A stretch of DNA of 64,000 bases from Eledone cirrhosa (lineage: Eukaryota): NCBI GenBank assembly GCA_964016885.1, contig OZ024745.1:114328001-114392000 (forward strand), given 5' to 3'. The translations under genes and the position numbers were made by a program. The notes under the pieces were generated by a model. That model was not told where the DNA came from. It saw nothing but the letters and a program-made list of their open reading frames with translations, and did not search any database. Below, piece after piece: positions 1 to 13,596 of the stretch (within the stretch, counting starts at the first letter, position 1; each line of letters starts with the position of its first letter).

Positions 1-487
1 TCTATTGCTCACTCCTTTAAATATGTTAATATGTTAACACGAAAGTATTTCTAGATAATTGTCTATTTTTTTTATTTTTTTTTATTTTGGTGACACATAT
101 CTCATATATCCATAACCAAATTTTAATTTTCCTGCTGTATTTTGATCTCCCATATAACTTCTTTTGATGTCGTTGACATTGCTTTTATCGCAGTTGTTGT
201 GTGGGATTTATTGCCTCTCAAAGATTGCTTTTTTTTTACATCTTATTATCGTTACGCATCTCTTCAGATTTGCTATTTGTTTGCCAACAGCCATAAACAA
301 GAGCCCACAACTGAATTCTGTTAGCTTGGCAAAAACAAAGCCTCTCATATTTATAATGGAAGAAAATAATAGGATGTTGTGATGTGTATGTCTTTACTAA
401 AGGCATTAAATGTGCGAAGTGGTTCGAATTGAAGAGCTTTTCACCAAATGTAATGTTCATCTTTGAATCAGCAACCGGCAACGAGAA

Positions 488-838
488 GAAGCTCCAGGTT
501 TTCTCCCTCCTAGTGGAGGAACCCTTCCCTGGTTGATCTTCACTGCTTTTTGTTTGGTTTTGGTCATGTCTGGGGTGTAGCCGTACTCACCACGCTTGTT
601 CAATTGCAAGTTGGTGCGGCTGCTTAAACCATAGTTTGAATGGATGGCTATTGGCTCTGAGGAGTTCATCCACCCTTTTAACAGCTCTTTTTTTTTTTTT
701 GGCTAATGGAGTTCCACTTACTCTCCTCGCCCGACCAGGCTCTGGTGGAGGAGCCGGTTTAGTCACCGACCACACGACCATGAAGCAGGTTGCATTGGGT
801 TACATGTAACAATAGCAGGCAGAAGCCTGATCTGGCAT
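488..838 (-). mobile_element. 5' UTR plus ORF start of an RTE-group LINE (family C, copy 1)
   Basis: Reverse complement aligns with 35986-36296. Both encode a similar peptide start (MTKTKQKAVKINQGRVPPLG vs MTNTKREAVEFNQGGVPPTG). The 5' head is shared with the element at 25748-26357. Confidence 0.6.
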
Positions 839-856
839 CATTAAATATGTCATTGA

Positions 857-975
857 TCTGAGTTCAAATCCCGCCGAGGTTAACTTTGCCTTTCATCCTT
901 ACGGGGTCGATAAAATAAAGTACCAGTAATGCACTGGAATAATTGCTGGCCTTGTGCCAAAAGTAGAAACAATTA
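857..975 (+). mobile_element. tRNA-derived SINE (family S), 5'-truncated
   Basis: B-box GAGTTCAAATCC, core GCCTTTCATCCTTACGGGGTCGATAAAATAAAGTACCAG, tail GGCCTTGTGCC...AGAAACAATT; repeated about 20 times in the window. The core resembles the Meta/MESC SINE domain (from memory, tentative). Confidence 0.9.
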
Positions 976-1248
976 AATATGTCATTTCATTCAAATGAGA
1001 AACATTTTAACCTTATAATATCATATTTCCTTTAATGAATATGGCTAATTATGAATTATTAAATACTGATATTTATATTTGACTTCCCTTATATTATACA
1101 TATCATTATACCGACTCAATCGCGATGAAAAACAATGTTGACTCTAGTGAAATGTGAACCATGAAAAACAGTATTTGTTTTTTTGGCGATTTCTACCGCT
1201 GCAGCTAAACATAAAAAATCCACTGGGTGTCATTATAACCCTTGAAAT

Positions 1249-1513
1249 AATTGTTTCTACTTTAGGCACAAGGCCAGCAATTACCTAGTGCATTACTGGT
1301 ACTTTATTTTATCGACCCCGTAAGGATGAAAGGCAAAGTCAACCTCGGCGGGATTTGAACTCAGATCGTAAAGGGACGTAACTATGCTGGAAAGCATGGC
1401 GTCCGATATGATATATATATATATATATATGAACGCGTAACTCCTGATGGAGCCGTAGGGGTACTGCAAAGCATTCTATCCGACGTTCTAACGACTCTGC
1501 CAATTCGCCGCCA
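1249..1513 (-). mobile_element. SINE family S (interrupted) plus a second SINE head
   Basis: Reverse-complement match to family S at 1249-1406; head-like GGCGGCGAATTGGCAGAGTCGTTAGAACGTCGGA at 1475-1513. Confidence 0.85.
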
Positions 1514-1611
1514 AAGTTTTATGAAAGGCTACCCTTAAATAGTGTAAGTATATTCTTTACTATAGGCTGAACAGTATATATTTTCCATAGCAAAACATAA
1601 CGAAAATTTAA

Positions 1612-1915
1612 GCACTGGGGTCGATTTAATCGACTTTCTCCTTCCCCAAAATTGCTGGCGTTGTGCCTAAATCAGAAACCAATATTATTAAACTGCATAA
1701 GGGTGGTGGATTAATAATATCGGTAGAACGTCGGACATTCTTTGCGGCATATAGTTACAGCCCTTAACGTTCTGAGTTCAGATCCCGCAGAGGTTAGCTT
1801 TGCCATTCATCCTTACAGGATCGATAAAATAAAGTACCAGTAACGCACTGGGGGTCAACTTAGTCGACTTTCCCATTTCCTCTCAAATTGCTGGCCTTGT
1901 ACCAAAGGTGGAAAG
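1612..1915 (+). mobile_element. SINE family S: 3' fragment followed by a full copy
   Basis: 3' tail at 1612-1685, then A-box-like head, B-box, core and tail at 1700-1915. Confidence 0.85.
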
Positions 1916-2264
1916 AAGAAAATACTAGACAGAGATAACCAAGTATAAAAGTCTTTGTAGAATGTCACATACTTCTTAATCATTAACTCTCCTTTTTACT
2001 AAATTATGGCACTTCAGCAATATAAGACAATTGTAATAAAAGATATTCTACAGTGAGTCAGTGTCGATCGTTTTTTTTATGTAATTGTATGGTAATTCAT
2101 CTTACCATTGAATTGTTATTAGTCACAAACAAAAAGTGATGGGTTTTTTTTTTAAATTAGCTTCGTAAAGTTTTACGAAGGTGAGAACAACTGTTGCTAA
2201 TGATGACGACAAAGATGAAATATGTTCTTACCATAAGTGAAAGTTTGTACTGTCAGATGTTATA

Positions 2265-2485
2265 ATGGTTTCTGATTTAGACACACGGCCAACAATTCTG
2301 GGAGAATGGGAAAAGTCGATTAAATCGACACCAATGCATTACTGATACTTTATTTTATCGGCCCTGTAAGGATGAAAGGTAAAACTAACATCGGAGGGAT
2401 TTGAACTTTGAGCGTAAAGGAACATAACTACATGCCGCAAAGCATGTTGTCAGATGCTCTACCGATACTGCCATTCTACCGCCCT
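2265..2485 (-). mobile_element. SINE family S with TSD
   Basis: Full copy flanked by the direct repeat TCAGATGTTATAATG. Confidence 0.9.
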
Positions 2486-2799
2486 ACTCTCAGATGTTAT
2501 AATGAATAATAAGAACTTCGAAGCAATCCCGTTAATGCCACCACAATGAAAGAATTTTTCGTTGACAATGAAATTTTGTATGCATTTTAATATTTGGTTA
2601 TCAGAATAAAATGCATTAACAAAAATTCAATGAAAGTCCTTATTGTAAACAATGAAATTTTAATACATTTTAATATTCTAGTATTAGAAATAAAATGTAC
2701 GTTTCGTTTTATTTCAAAAGAAAAAAAATTGAAACAATCACATTAAATGAGTCTCGGTGACATAGAAAGTGAAAAGAGCAAGTATGGGAAAGCAACCTG

Positions 2800-5450
2800 C
2801 GCAAGCTAGATATTTCTGACTAAGTTGTAAGTTAGAGAAGGCTGATATTTAGATAAAAACATCGGTTGAATTTTAGAAAGGTCTTGCATATTTTATTTTT
2901 TACTGTTTCGTTTATAGGCTATATTCGCAGAGTGAGTGTTAGCTGGTCAGTTTCTTTTCTGGAAAATCACAGCTGTTTTGAGATTACCATTTCGACATTT
3001 AGTAAAATAGCCAAACATACCAATAATTATAGGTACAAATGTCAATTTATAATATAAACAGAAAAGCTGTAGGTTTCAAAGCAGTCGTTTATAGATATCT
3101 TTTTTTTTTCTCACCGATTTTGCAAGACATGTTTACATCTGCATAAAAGATACTCTCTATAACTGTACATTATTATTTTGTTACAAATGCTATATCAGGC
3201 TTGTTATATTTGCATTTGGAGGAAGTTTTGATGGGAATGTTCCATCACTATATTTCTCTGTTGAAACGTATCAAAAATATTTTGTATATATATCCTAGGG
3301 TAGGTTTTCATACGGATAGTATTGCCTATTGTTTCAGCAACACCATGCCGCATTAGAAAGCAGTATCTTAAAGATATGTTTGGAAAGGTGTTCATCATAT
3401 GTGTCACTTGTTAAATACATATTTTGTAATATTCTCCTGCTTTGGGTTTCAACATAACCTTCAAAATGTGACATGATGCAACAGTCACGAGTCTAAGAGA
3501 GGCTACTCTACCTGTTGATATCATCCTAATGTTCACTGGAAACATACTCATGCATAATCTTGTTTTGAAATACTAAGTGTTTGGTCTCCGGATTTTTGTT
3601 GAGGTCCACCAGTCCAGTAATTTTGAAGTCGTATGGAACGTTACGGGGAACTCAATACTTTTCAAGCGTTTCACGAAAAAAATTTAAAGCCTGTTTCGAG
3701 CCTGGAGGCTCGTTAGACCGATGCTTTCGTGGCGTAAGGCGACTGAGTGTATAAGACTCCCTCCCTCTGCTATTGCTGGTACACATTTCAGCTGAGTATT
3801 CTGGAACAACGTGAAATGAAGTATTTTGCTCAAGAGCACAACACACAATCCAGTCCAGAACACTATGGACTTTATGATCGTAAGTCCAACACCCTTACCA
3901 CTAAGCCACTTTCTACACGCCCAATTCATAACATGTTCTTCTCTACATTTTTAGCACTTGCTTGATGTATTTGCTTTTAATGGTGTTGTTTACCAGATGG
4001 TGTCTATGTGATAAGATACGCCACTTAAAGTCTGTCTACACTGAACTTAAACATTTTCTTCTGAGATAGGCTATGACGATATCATGGTTTCTGTGGAAGC
4101 TTTCACTTGATATTAGGTTGCGGGTTTTAATATTTATGAAAGGGGTTCCTTAATGACTATTCAACTAATCCAAATGCTGGTACTGGAACTGGTACTGTAA
4201 ATGAAGTGTGAGATATTCTCTTGACATAAAAAGAAAGCTCTGACTGCCACATTTATGTCTCATATAATATGTTTGGCCACTCCATTTTTTACGCCTTTGT
4301 ACAGTGTATTTTCGTCAATACTTGGGAATTTGTAGCACTCGTAGTGTGGAACATTGATATAAAAGATTTTAGTTTGAGAAGTCATTTTTCTGTATTTTAA
4401 CTATCAATTCTTGTATCAGTTGAAAAATTATTAATACAACTGTTTGTCAGTATTGTAAATCATGGGCTACTTTAAGAATTCTAGCGCTTAACCACCGGAG
4501 TTTTGTAAAATAATTGACCGGATTTAGGGGCGAAATAAATAGAAGCATAAACAAACAGTCTCCTTGTAATATTCTTTTTGAAAATTTTATAACACCCGAG
4601 ACAAACGTTCTTTTTTCAAAAGTTGTTCAGCATATCCCTTCAGTCTCATTTTACTATCTGCTCCCCCAATAGTCCCTACCTTGTAGGATTTGCGATTGTT
4701 TTAGTGGAATTGGTTTAATTGACAAACATTAGACCTAAATTTTCTGAGAAGTCAGTGTTTTCAATCTTGCGTACATAACGTGTCTTTGTTATGGCAAACT
4801 AATATGGTATGTCTCTCTGGCCTCCCCTAATTTCATTTAAATATGCATCTTAGTGACTTTCTTTAGAACGTCAAATCTTGCACCAGTATCTAACTATTAG
4901 GTCTCCTGTTCGTGTTACCCCATTTGGTAACATTCACACAATCTTACCATTGGGGGTTGATTTTTAAGTTTTACTCTTGATGTTGATTCCGTGCACCCTA
5001 TTTCATTTATCTTCAGAGAGATATGGAGCATGTAGTTATTTATAGTCACTAAATATGCTGACTACTTAAGATTCACAGCATAAATATCAAAGACTATAGA
5101 GATCGTGTGTGTATTGTAGTGGATTAAATCTGAGGAAAATAGAATTGAATTGCTCTTAGCAACCAGTTAGTGGTATAATCTTCCTGATTTTTCAGTAGAT
5201 ATTCATTGAAGTGGTGACAGTTGGTGAAGATGTATCTTCTAACAATTAGATAGTCAGTTGAGTTATTAATGTTGTTAAATATAAAGCTCTTTTCAGCTAA
5301 ATATATTCTGCAACTTTTTACGCCATTTGTGTTCAAATCAAAACCTACTGTGTTCTGAATATAAGTGAGATGCACTTAGATATACAGACAAAATAAGTAT
5401 CGCAACAATATCAAGCTAGATGTAGCAATGGATTGATCACAACACAGATG
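2800..5450 (-). pseudogene. Decayed RLE-type non-LTR retrotransposon (R4/Dong-like): RT plus restriction-like endonuclease
   Basis: Hand translation of the minus strand gives KRILQGDCLFMLLFISPLNP (RT QGD motif, about 4520-4590), MWQSELS..HTSFTVP, SHFEGYV, LRYCFLMRHGVAETI, NKPDI..CTVIE (RLE PD-(D/E)xK), FVPIIIGMFGY and KICKTFLKF. Many stops and frameshifts. Confidence 0.75.
3640..3912 (-). mobile_element. Old tRNA/CORE-like SINE inserted in the RLE LINE
   Basis: Minus strand reads GTGGCTTAGTGGTAAGGGTGTTGGACTTACGATC...GTGTTGTGCTCTTGAGCAAAATACTTCATTTCACGTTG, matching the 5970-6090 element. Confidence 0.65.
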
Positions 5451-5761
5451 AATCTAATAACTCTGCTCTGTGTTGAATTACAAATATATACATAGTCTAC
5501 TCCAAAGTCTGTGGTAATGATAAAATAAAATATTCAATAGCCTCAAAAAATGAACAAAAGCCTTAAAACAAACAAAATTTAGTCTGTAAGTGTTGTCACG
5601 GAAACAACTTCATTCTGTGAAACTTGTACAGTATTATTGAGCCAGAAATAAACAAGTGTAAATATAGGAGAGGTAATTCAAATTAATTTACATTTTTTGC
5701 TCACTACATTAACTATGTTGTTACTCACTTTTCTACTATAGCCCCCGGTTGCCAAACCAGT

Positions 5762-5960
<199 letters not shown>

Positions 5961-5968
5961 TATGTGAA

Positions 5969-6090
5969 GGCGTGTGGCTGAGTGGTTAGAGAATTGGATT
6001 TGCAATCGTGAGGTTGTGAGTTCAATTCCTGGACCAGGCGATGCGTTATGTCCTTGAGCAAGACACTTTATTTCACGTTGCTCCTTCTAC
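5969..6090 (+). mobile_element. tRNA-derived SINE with CORE-like segment
   Basis: A-box TGGCTGAGTGG, B-box GAGTTCAATTCC, then TGTCCTTGAGCAAGACACTTTA. Confidence 0.75.
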
Positions 6091-6219
6091 CTGGAGTTGC
6101 GACCGATAGATCGTATTAGCAATTGGAAAGACCAATGGAAACATTGTTTCCTCGGTCCGATTTGACGAAAGTTGATCATTCAAAAAAATAGGTATGTATA
6201 TATATTCATAAATGTCTGA

Positions 6220-6260
<41 letters not shown>

Positions 6261-6542
6261 TAAATGTAATATAATGAACTGCTATTTTACAATGAATTTT
6301 GGGTATCGTTGAAGTTGTGTGTAGATATTTAAATATAAATTAAGTCGGAGGGTGCTAGAGGTTAACAAGCATTATGTAAAACAATAATATTCTTATCTTT
6401 ACTATTTAACACCCCCCCCCCCCTCTCTCTCTCTTATTGCCTAAAAGCAAGTCATTTGTCAGGATATTTGAGTTTTAGCTCTTCTCTGGCTTCTATTTTC
6501 AAATGAACATTATTGATATTTATAACCGTGCTATCTATATAT

Positions 6543-6757
6543 AATGGTTTCTGATTTAGGTGCAAAGCCAGCAATGTTTGGGGAAGGGAAAGTCGATTAA
6601 ATCGATCCCAGTGCCTGACTGGTACTTTATTTTAATGACCCCGTAAGGATGAAAGGCAAAGCTAACCTCGGCGGGACATGAACTCAGAACGCAAAGGGCC
6701 GTAACTCTATGCTGCAAATCATGGTGTCCGACGCTCTACCTATACTGCCAATCCAGT
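6543..6757 (-). mobile_element. SINE family S with TSD
   Basis: Full copy flanked by TGCTATC(T/C)ATATATAAT. Confidence 0.9.
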
Positions 6758-7330
6758 ACTCTATGCTATCCATATATAATAGTACCTGTTAAATATTTAT
6801 GAGCATACAGCATGACCTAGCTTCTTGGGCACGTGTCATTTACTATAGCCTCGGGTCTATCCATGCATTGTAAGTAAAATTGGATGGACAGAAATGTGTT
6901 TGGAAGCTCACTGGGTCGACTGTACTTTTAATTCAAAGGAACAGCCTTGTGTCACGCTGAATCTCCAAGAACTACGTTAGAGGTACACGTGTCTGTGGAA
7001 TGAGTAGATTGTTCTGTTGATCGAACAAATATAAGATTCATGGTCAGAACCAATGGAGGTCTATACCATTCCGTTATATATTTCGCTATTTCTTTCTAAA
7101 TGTTCACTCCTACCTACTTTCTTTCTATCACCTGCTCTCCACTCTCACTGTCATACTATTGCTTTCTCTTACTTCTACTCTCCTGCGATTTCTTCATCAT
7201 CCTTTCTTTGTCTTTCGCTTAAAATTGCGTTTTCATTATTACTTACCGAGAGCGTCCTGTGCTGTCCTTAATGTTATACTTAATGTCAAGCCTCGTGGTT
7301 AATAAAGAAAACATTGTTACTTACCAAGAG

Positions 7331-7495
7331 AGCGGAGGGATTGGCTGAGTCATTAGAGGGTCGGACAACATGCTTTGTGGCATATAATTACGGCCTTTTA
7401 CATTCTGAGTTCAAATCCCGCCGAGGATAGCTTTGCTTTTCATCCTTATAGGGTCGATAAAATAAAGCACCAGTAATGTACTGGGGTAATTGCTG
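7331..7495 (+). mobile_element. SINE family S
   Basis: Head, B-box and core match the family. Confidence 0.88.
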
Positions 7496-7873
7496 AAGCC
7501 ATTATTTCTTACCGAAGATTTTCAGAATTAAAACGTGCGTAGGCAGACAAACGGAATATTAAAGAGATTGTTTTTTTTTGGGGGGGGGGGGGGGGGGGTT
7601 CTTGTTAATTTCAAATTTTATGAAGAAAGCTATTTTTAAAATCTAAAGAATAAAAAAAAATATTTCTTTCGTGAAGAGGTAAATAAAAACACAGATATAT
7701 TAACAACCAAGCAATTCTAGCTTTGATATCGAATGTTTCTCGAATACTTTTACACACAAAAATGGCTTACGGACATATTTAATTAGAAAGAACTTTGTGA
7801 AATGAGATGGAACCAAAATTTCGCAGATCGCATGAACACCGGAGAGAAAGAAAATTTCTATCTCAAGGAATAT

Positions 7874-7904
<31 letters not shown>

Positions 7905-7920
7905 CACCACATACACACAC

Positions 7921-7965
<45 letters not shown>

Positions 7966-8061
7966 TATATATAAATATATAATTGGTGTTGGATGCTTAA
8001 AGCGTCCGTTTGCGGTAGGCCGTTTGAGCACTCGATGCTCTCATAGAGCAGAGTATGTTAT

Positions 8062-8093
<32 letters not shown>

Positions 8094-8434
8094 ATAAGAC
8101 ACCGGTTCTATGTAAATCTCTGTCGTCAAGTATAGAATTTACTAGTTTTGATTTTTGTAAAATAAACAGTTCGGGAAAATGATTTGCACCAAGGTGTATG
8201 GTGTTATTGTAATTTAGTTCCAGATTAACCCTGAAAAGATTTGTGATGAACAGCGCTCCATCTGTTGATATGGCGTTTTTTTTAGCAGTCATTGTGTAAT
8301 TTAGTTTACATTATCAAATGTATTCTTACTTGTTTAGGACGGTAAAATATCATTAGGCTATTTCTAACATCTTCGATGCTTCAGTCATTAGCCCTACTTT
8401 TTATGACTTGAAAACCGATAACATTTGTTTACAT

Positions 8435-8744
8435 CAATGTTTCCTAACCTTTTGTGTACTATGTCCTATCTCAACATATCAAAAATTGTTATGAAAACAA
8501 CGATGATCAACTACAAAGTGTAAACAAATTGGCGTATAAGTGGTGCCAGATGCACAGTAACATGTCTGGAGGAGGCGAGACATGAGTTTCCGACAGTAAT
8601 GGGTACCAAAGTTGCCTTGGCGTAAAAGTAATAAGGTAAAATCTGAAGTTTGTTCTCATTCTCATTAACATCGTTTGCAAATAGTACCATTTAAATATTC
8701 AACTCATCCCCCTGTGAGGCTTGTATCCCTCGTTGGGAATCACT
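8435..8744. mobile_element. hAT-type MITE (decayed)
   Basis: Imperfect TIRs CAATGTTTCCTAACC / GTTGGGAATCACT, flanked by a TTACAT direct repeat. Confidence 0.5.
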
Positions 8745-9346
8745 TTACATAGTTAAGCTATGTTTAGGTTTTTTTGTTTATACTAATTGAATTTTTGCTG
8801 TTGGAATATTCTGAAGTGTATATGTATGCAGGTCATGTAAATGAGAGAGACAATTATTCTGTTTATAGTTAGGTGTAAAAGAAAATTTGAAAGCGATTTA
8901 GTTAGTGAGAGTTGTTAGTTTTTGTGTAATACCAGCTTATTATGAGAACTGTTCTTCAAGAGACAGCTTTGTTCTTGTGCATGTTAGAATTCGTTTCCAA
9001 TGTAATAGAAATTTCGCAGGCAAAGTTCAAGTCACAAATGCTTAATTTATGACATTAATAGCTGCTCAAAAACTCGAACAGTCAAAACTAGTGTTAAATG
9101 CGTGAGAAATGGAAAGGTCGCCTCTTAAATTAAGAATTATTAAGTGTACCCAACAAATGAAATCATTTAATGCTCGGTTAGAAGAATCTTTGAAGTAAGA
9201 TATTCACCACAGTAATTCGGTTCTAGTTTACTGGAGGACACTCTATTTCAGGCAGAATTTCGTGGAAAATTATATTTCAAATTAAACTCCTTAAACATGG
9301 TGGGTAAAAAATAATAAACAGGTGTTTTATTATATTTTATTGGTGA

Positions 9347-9567
9347 AGGGCGGTGGGTTGGCAGTATCGGTAGAAGGTCGGACGCCATGCTTTGCAGCAT
9401 AGAGTTACAGCCCTTTATGATCTGAGTTCAAATCCCGCCGAGGTTAACTTTGCCTTTCATCCTTACGTGGTCGATAAAATAAAATACCAGACCCGCACTG
9501 GGGTTGATTTAATCGACTTTCTCCTCCCCCCCTCCAAATTGCTGGCCTTGTGCCTATATAAGAAACC
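9347..9567 (+). mobile_element. SINE family S with 18-bp TSD
   Basis: ATTATATTTTATTGGTGA at 9329-9346 and 9568-9585. Confidence 0.95.
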
Positions 9568-10127
9568 ATTATATTTTATTGGTGAGACAGAATTAGACTG
9601 ACGCCTTTCAGACTTCCATGTAGATTCATCAGGATTTGCTAGAACATTTTCATAAAACGCAATATAATATATTTTAGCACTCGTGGATTGTGTTCAAAAT
9701 ACCCCACCACACAAAAATGAAAATTTTGCTAGTAAATTAAAAATAGTATACTCCGCTCGGAAACATTTGATACTTATATATTTATGTGTGTTTTAAAGAA
9801 AACTCCATCTATCTTTTAAAAATTGAAGATTATTATTCTACAAAATAAAGATGTTTATACAGATTCAATTTTTTTTAAATCCCCACATTCTATATACAAA
9901 AATATTGTTTGTAGGCTGATTCTAATGTACTTAGTTGATGATTTAATATGATATTCAATAGGAGTTGAAAAATTAAGATTTAAAGGCATCAAGAATTTAG
10001 TTTTTCTCTTCACTTGTTTCTTTTTTGAGTTTTGAGTCGTACTTCAGCGTGGCTTCACGAATGATAAAATCACAACGGCATGTGACGAAAGAAAATCCCA
10101 CCGCATCCCTTTATTTTGTTAAGTTTT

Positions 10128-10318
10128 AAGGGCGGCGGATTGGCAGTATCGGTAAAGCGTTGGACAACATGCTTTGCGGTATAGAGTTATGGCTCTTTGC
10201 GTTCTGAGTTCAAATCCCGCCGATGTTAACTTTGCTTTTCATCCTTACGGGGTCGATAAAATAAAGTACCAGTAATGCACTGGAATAATTGCTGGCCTTG
10301 TGCCAAAAGTAGAAACAA
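10128..10318 (+). mobile_element. SINE family S with 17-bp TSD
   Basis: TTATTTTGTTAAGTTTT on both sides. Confidence 0.95.
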
Positions 10319-10459
10319 TTATTTTGTTAAGTTTTGGTGATGAGTTCTCTTTGAAAACACATTTTCAACCGTTGCATTGCTTAGTGGCACGCTATAAACA
10401 ATTGATGCATATTCTATCAAATCTGCCAAGCCAAAATCCAGCTGAAATGTTTAGCGTTC

Positions 10460-10592
10460 CTACGTTCTGAGTTCAAATCCCGCCGAGGTTAACTTTGCCT
10501 TTCATACGATAAAATAAAGCACCGGGATCGATTTAATTGACTTTCCTCTCCCACAAAATTTCTGGCGTTGTGCCTCTAGTAGAAATCATTAT
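10460..10592 (+). mobile_element. SINE family S, truncated and internally deleted
   Basis: B-box, partial core and tail. Confidence 0.8.
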
Positions 10593-11975
10593 AATAAACA
10601 TAGATGCTTTTCACAAGCAACACCAGATACCTCATTCAAAATCAAGAGGGAAATGATTTTTACTTATGCCTTAGGTTCCTTCAGTAATGATTGAACAATC
10701 ACTTTTTATATGTATCGTGCATTTTGTTCTACGCAATTGATGATGAAGGAATTATTTTATTAAGAATGTCTCCTTAATGATGGACGCTACGAATACGTGT
10801 TAAGTTACAAATGTAGTTCAAATTTTGTTTGGAAGAAACTGATTTAATAGTTTGTTGCGAATTTGAATTTACAAAAGCAGATTGTTTTTATGTTTAGCTC
10901 AAGAAGCATGCGTTGTTAAATCAGTTTTCAAAGTTGTGTACTTATAATACTTTATTGCTATCGTGTTTTATTCTCTAAGGCGACGAATTGGCATACGTGC
11001 ATTTTACTTTTCTTACTAAATTTGAAAATTGTGGATCAGTTCGTTAGAATCTTTGAAACAAATTATCATACTTTGACTATTTGTACATCGTATAAATGTG
11101 TATAGTTTGGGAATAATAGAGATTTATTTAATTTAAAAAAGAAAATACTCAACTTGTTCAGATTTTAGCGATCCTTCAGTATATACGATGCGAGGTTTAT
11201 TTTGTCAAACGTTCGAATTAAATAGTAAAGTAGTGGATTGTAACCCACCAAATTATTTAAATAGCCCAAAAGATGTAAGTAATCCAATTTTTAAAAAAAT
11301 ATCGAGCATTCCTGAAAAGTAGTGTAAAAATGTATTATTAGATTTTCTCAGAGAAATATAGCCTTTACAATATTTGCTGAAGGGGTGATGAGAATATTAC
11401 TAAGTAAATGTACAATTTGGAAACCCTTGATAAAAATAGTAAAATCAGTTTCAACATATCCAATGCAATGAACATCAATAATTAATTAGAAATAATTATG
11501 CAGTGAGGAAAAGGCTGCGGCTTCGATAATTAATATTGTTTTTAGCTTGTTGGCAAAGCAGTGGAGACAACTCCGGGCATGTTTCTCTATTATTATACCT
11601 TCAGCGAAGTATAGCCTTTATCATACTTTTCGAAATAACGATGAGAGAATCACGAAGTAAATATACAATATTATACACGTCTAACCGTGACAAATTAGCA
11701 TATAAAAAACTGAATCATTGAGGTTAATTACTCAAAGACGTCATCCGCTTGAAAAATAATAGTTAAGTTATAGTCAACATATTTAATGCAATGAGCATCA
11801 AAAATTTAATTAGAAATAATTACACGATAAAGAAAAGGTCAATGAGTGTCTCTTCTACTTGATGAAGTGAATAAATTATCATTAGTCATTGATTTCATGT
11901 TGACTCTTCCTCGTCTCATAAGTCTTTCTAATTAGATTGTTCATGCTTACTGCGCTAAATATGTTCTCACTAACT

Positions 11976-12045
11976 CAGTGGTTCCCAAAGTGGGTTCCGC
12001 AGAACCAAAAGAGGTTCCGCATTTAAAAAAGATTGGTAAACCCTG
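11976..12045. mobile_element. 70-bp hAT MITE
   Basis: TIR CAGTGGTTCCCAA / TTGGTAAACCCTG; perfect 8-bp TSD CACTAACT at 11968-11975 and 12046-12053. Confidence 0.85.
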
Positions 12046-12189
12046 CACTAACTTAACTATTGTTTTTCATGATAATGGCGTCTCTCAGTAGTAAATCAGA
12101 GTAATTTATTAATCTTAATATTACCTTTTTTATTGGGGGGGCTATTCTTTACGCTTTGTATTTTTTTTACTCGTCTACAATATTGTACA

Positions 12190-12345
12190 GGCGGCGAATT
12201 GGAAAAGTCGTTAGAACATGAGATAAAACCCTTTGTGATATTTGTCCCGGCTCTCTGCTCTCTGTATTCAAATCCCACTGAGGTCAAAATTGCCTTTTAT
12301 CCTTTCGAAGACGATAAAAACTACCAGTCTAGTACTGGGGTCGAG
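12190..12345 (+). mobile_element. Older SINE family S variant
   Basis: GGCGGCGAATTGG head, TTCAAATCCC B-box, diverged core. Confidence 0.75.
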
Positions 12346-13009
12346 TCTTCCTCTGTGTCTCTTACACAATTTCCACCAAAATGATAATTGGGGGATTTGA
12401 AAAGTTTGAAAATGTCCATTATGAAAATAGAATTAAAAGAAATTGAAAGTTAATTCACTGTTTTTTTTTTTCATTCTTTTAAAAACGGACTTTTTATTCG
12501 AACATAACTATTTTTTCCTATCCACACGATAATCAGATAATTATGTACATAAACATTATGTACGATTATAACGTTAAATGTATAAAGTATATTTCCAAAT
12601 GTGTTAAAAGAAAAACAATATCCGTTGCTGTGTAATGTGTATGTTTCTCATTAGCAATTAAGGGAGATAAATTCATACAAGTTCCTCCATTTTTACGGCT
12701 TTTATGTTAATTAATCACAAAATATACTTAAGCTTGATTTTAGTGAATTTCATCTAAATACACATAGTTTTCTTGATATTCCTCGTGACAGAAATTATTT
12801 GATAAGTTTGCGCGATGACCTAAGCAAAATACTTGACCTCCTCATCTCAAGTATCTTAGGTTAATGTTTGGTCAAAAACATTGAAGCTATTTACCATTTT
12901 AAGTCACCGCTACATATATTTCATTATGCATCTGGTTCCTAATAAGGACCTCAAGAGTCCTTTTACTGAAGCTATCTCATAATATAACAACATAAATATT
13001 ATAATGCAT

Positions 13010-13240
13010 AATAATTGTTTCTACTTTTGGCACAAGGCCAGCAATTACCCCCAGTGTGTTAGTGATACTTTATTTTATCGACCCCGTAAAGATGAAAGGC
13101 AAAGTTAACCTCGGCGGGATTTGAACTCGTAATACTGATTTGTAATTTAGACATAAGGCCAGACATTTTTTTGTGTGTGTGGGGGGGGGGGGTAAATTCG
13201 TTTATATAGATCCTAGTACTTGACTGATACATGATTTTAT
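13010..13240 (-). mobile_element. Two adjacent SINE family S fragments
   Basis: Reverse-complement core and tail matches. Confidence 0.8.
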
Positions 13241-13596
13241 TTTCCCTCTCATACTTTCTATCCTTCTCTGGAAGAAATCTGCTGTGTTTAGACCTGGAGA
13301 GATGGGCTTCGCTAAGTTCAAAATGTGCAAGAAACGCCGTGTGTTGCTACGGTGGTGCCTCTGCAATTCCATCAGAAGTTACGGGTACATATATATATAT
13401 ACATATCTCTACGAAATCGAGACCTAATACCAATCTAATAATGCATATTACACGAGATGTACGCTGCAGGACAAGAGAATGACTCCTAACAAATTGTTGT
13501 TAATGAAGAACCTACTTCCGATTTCAATTCTTTATTGAATCTCTTTTATTCTACTTATATTACGAATGTAATTTGGAAGGCTAGGCACATAATAAA

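Noticed and set aside
5969-6040. tRNA gene
   Set aside because: A/B boxes run into a SINE body and there is no full cloverleaf; the same applies to family S heads.
8041-8420. Possible hAT transposase relic (AISTDGAL); similar hints at 10700-10940 (LRRTKCT, THAS*AKH)
   Set aside because: Motifs too short and degenerate to support without a search.
9590-9640. Minus-strand CTGATGA...GAAA-GGCG-TC hammerhead-like string
   Set aside because: Stem I does not pair, stem II is poor and stem III is not palindromic; at best a decayed relic.
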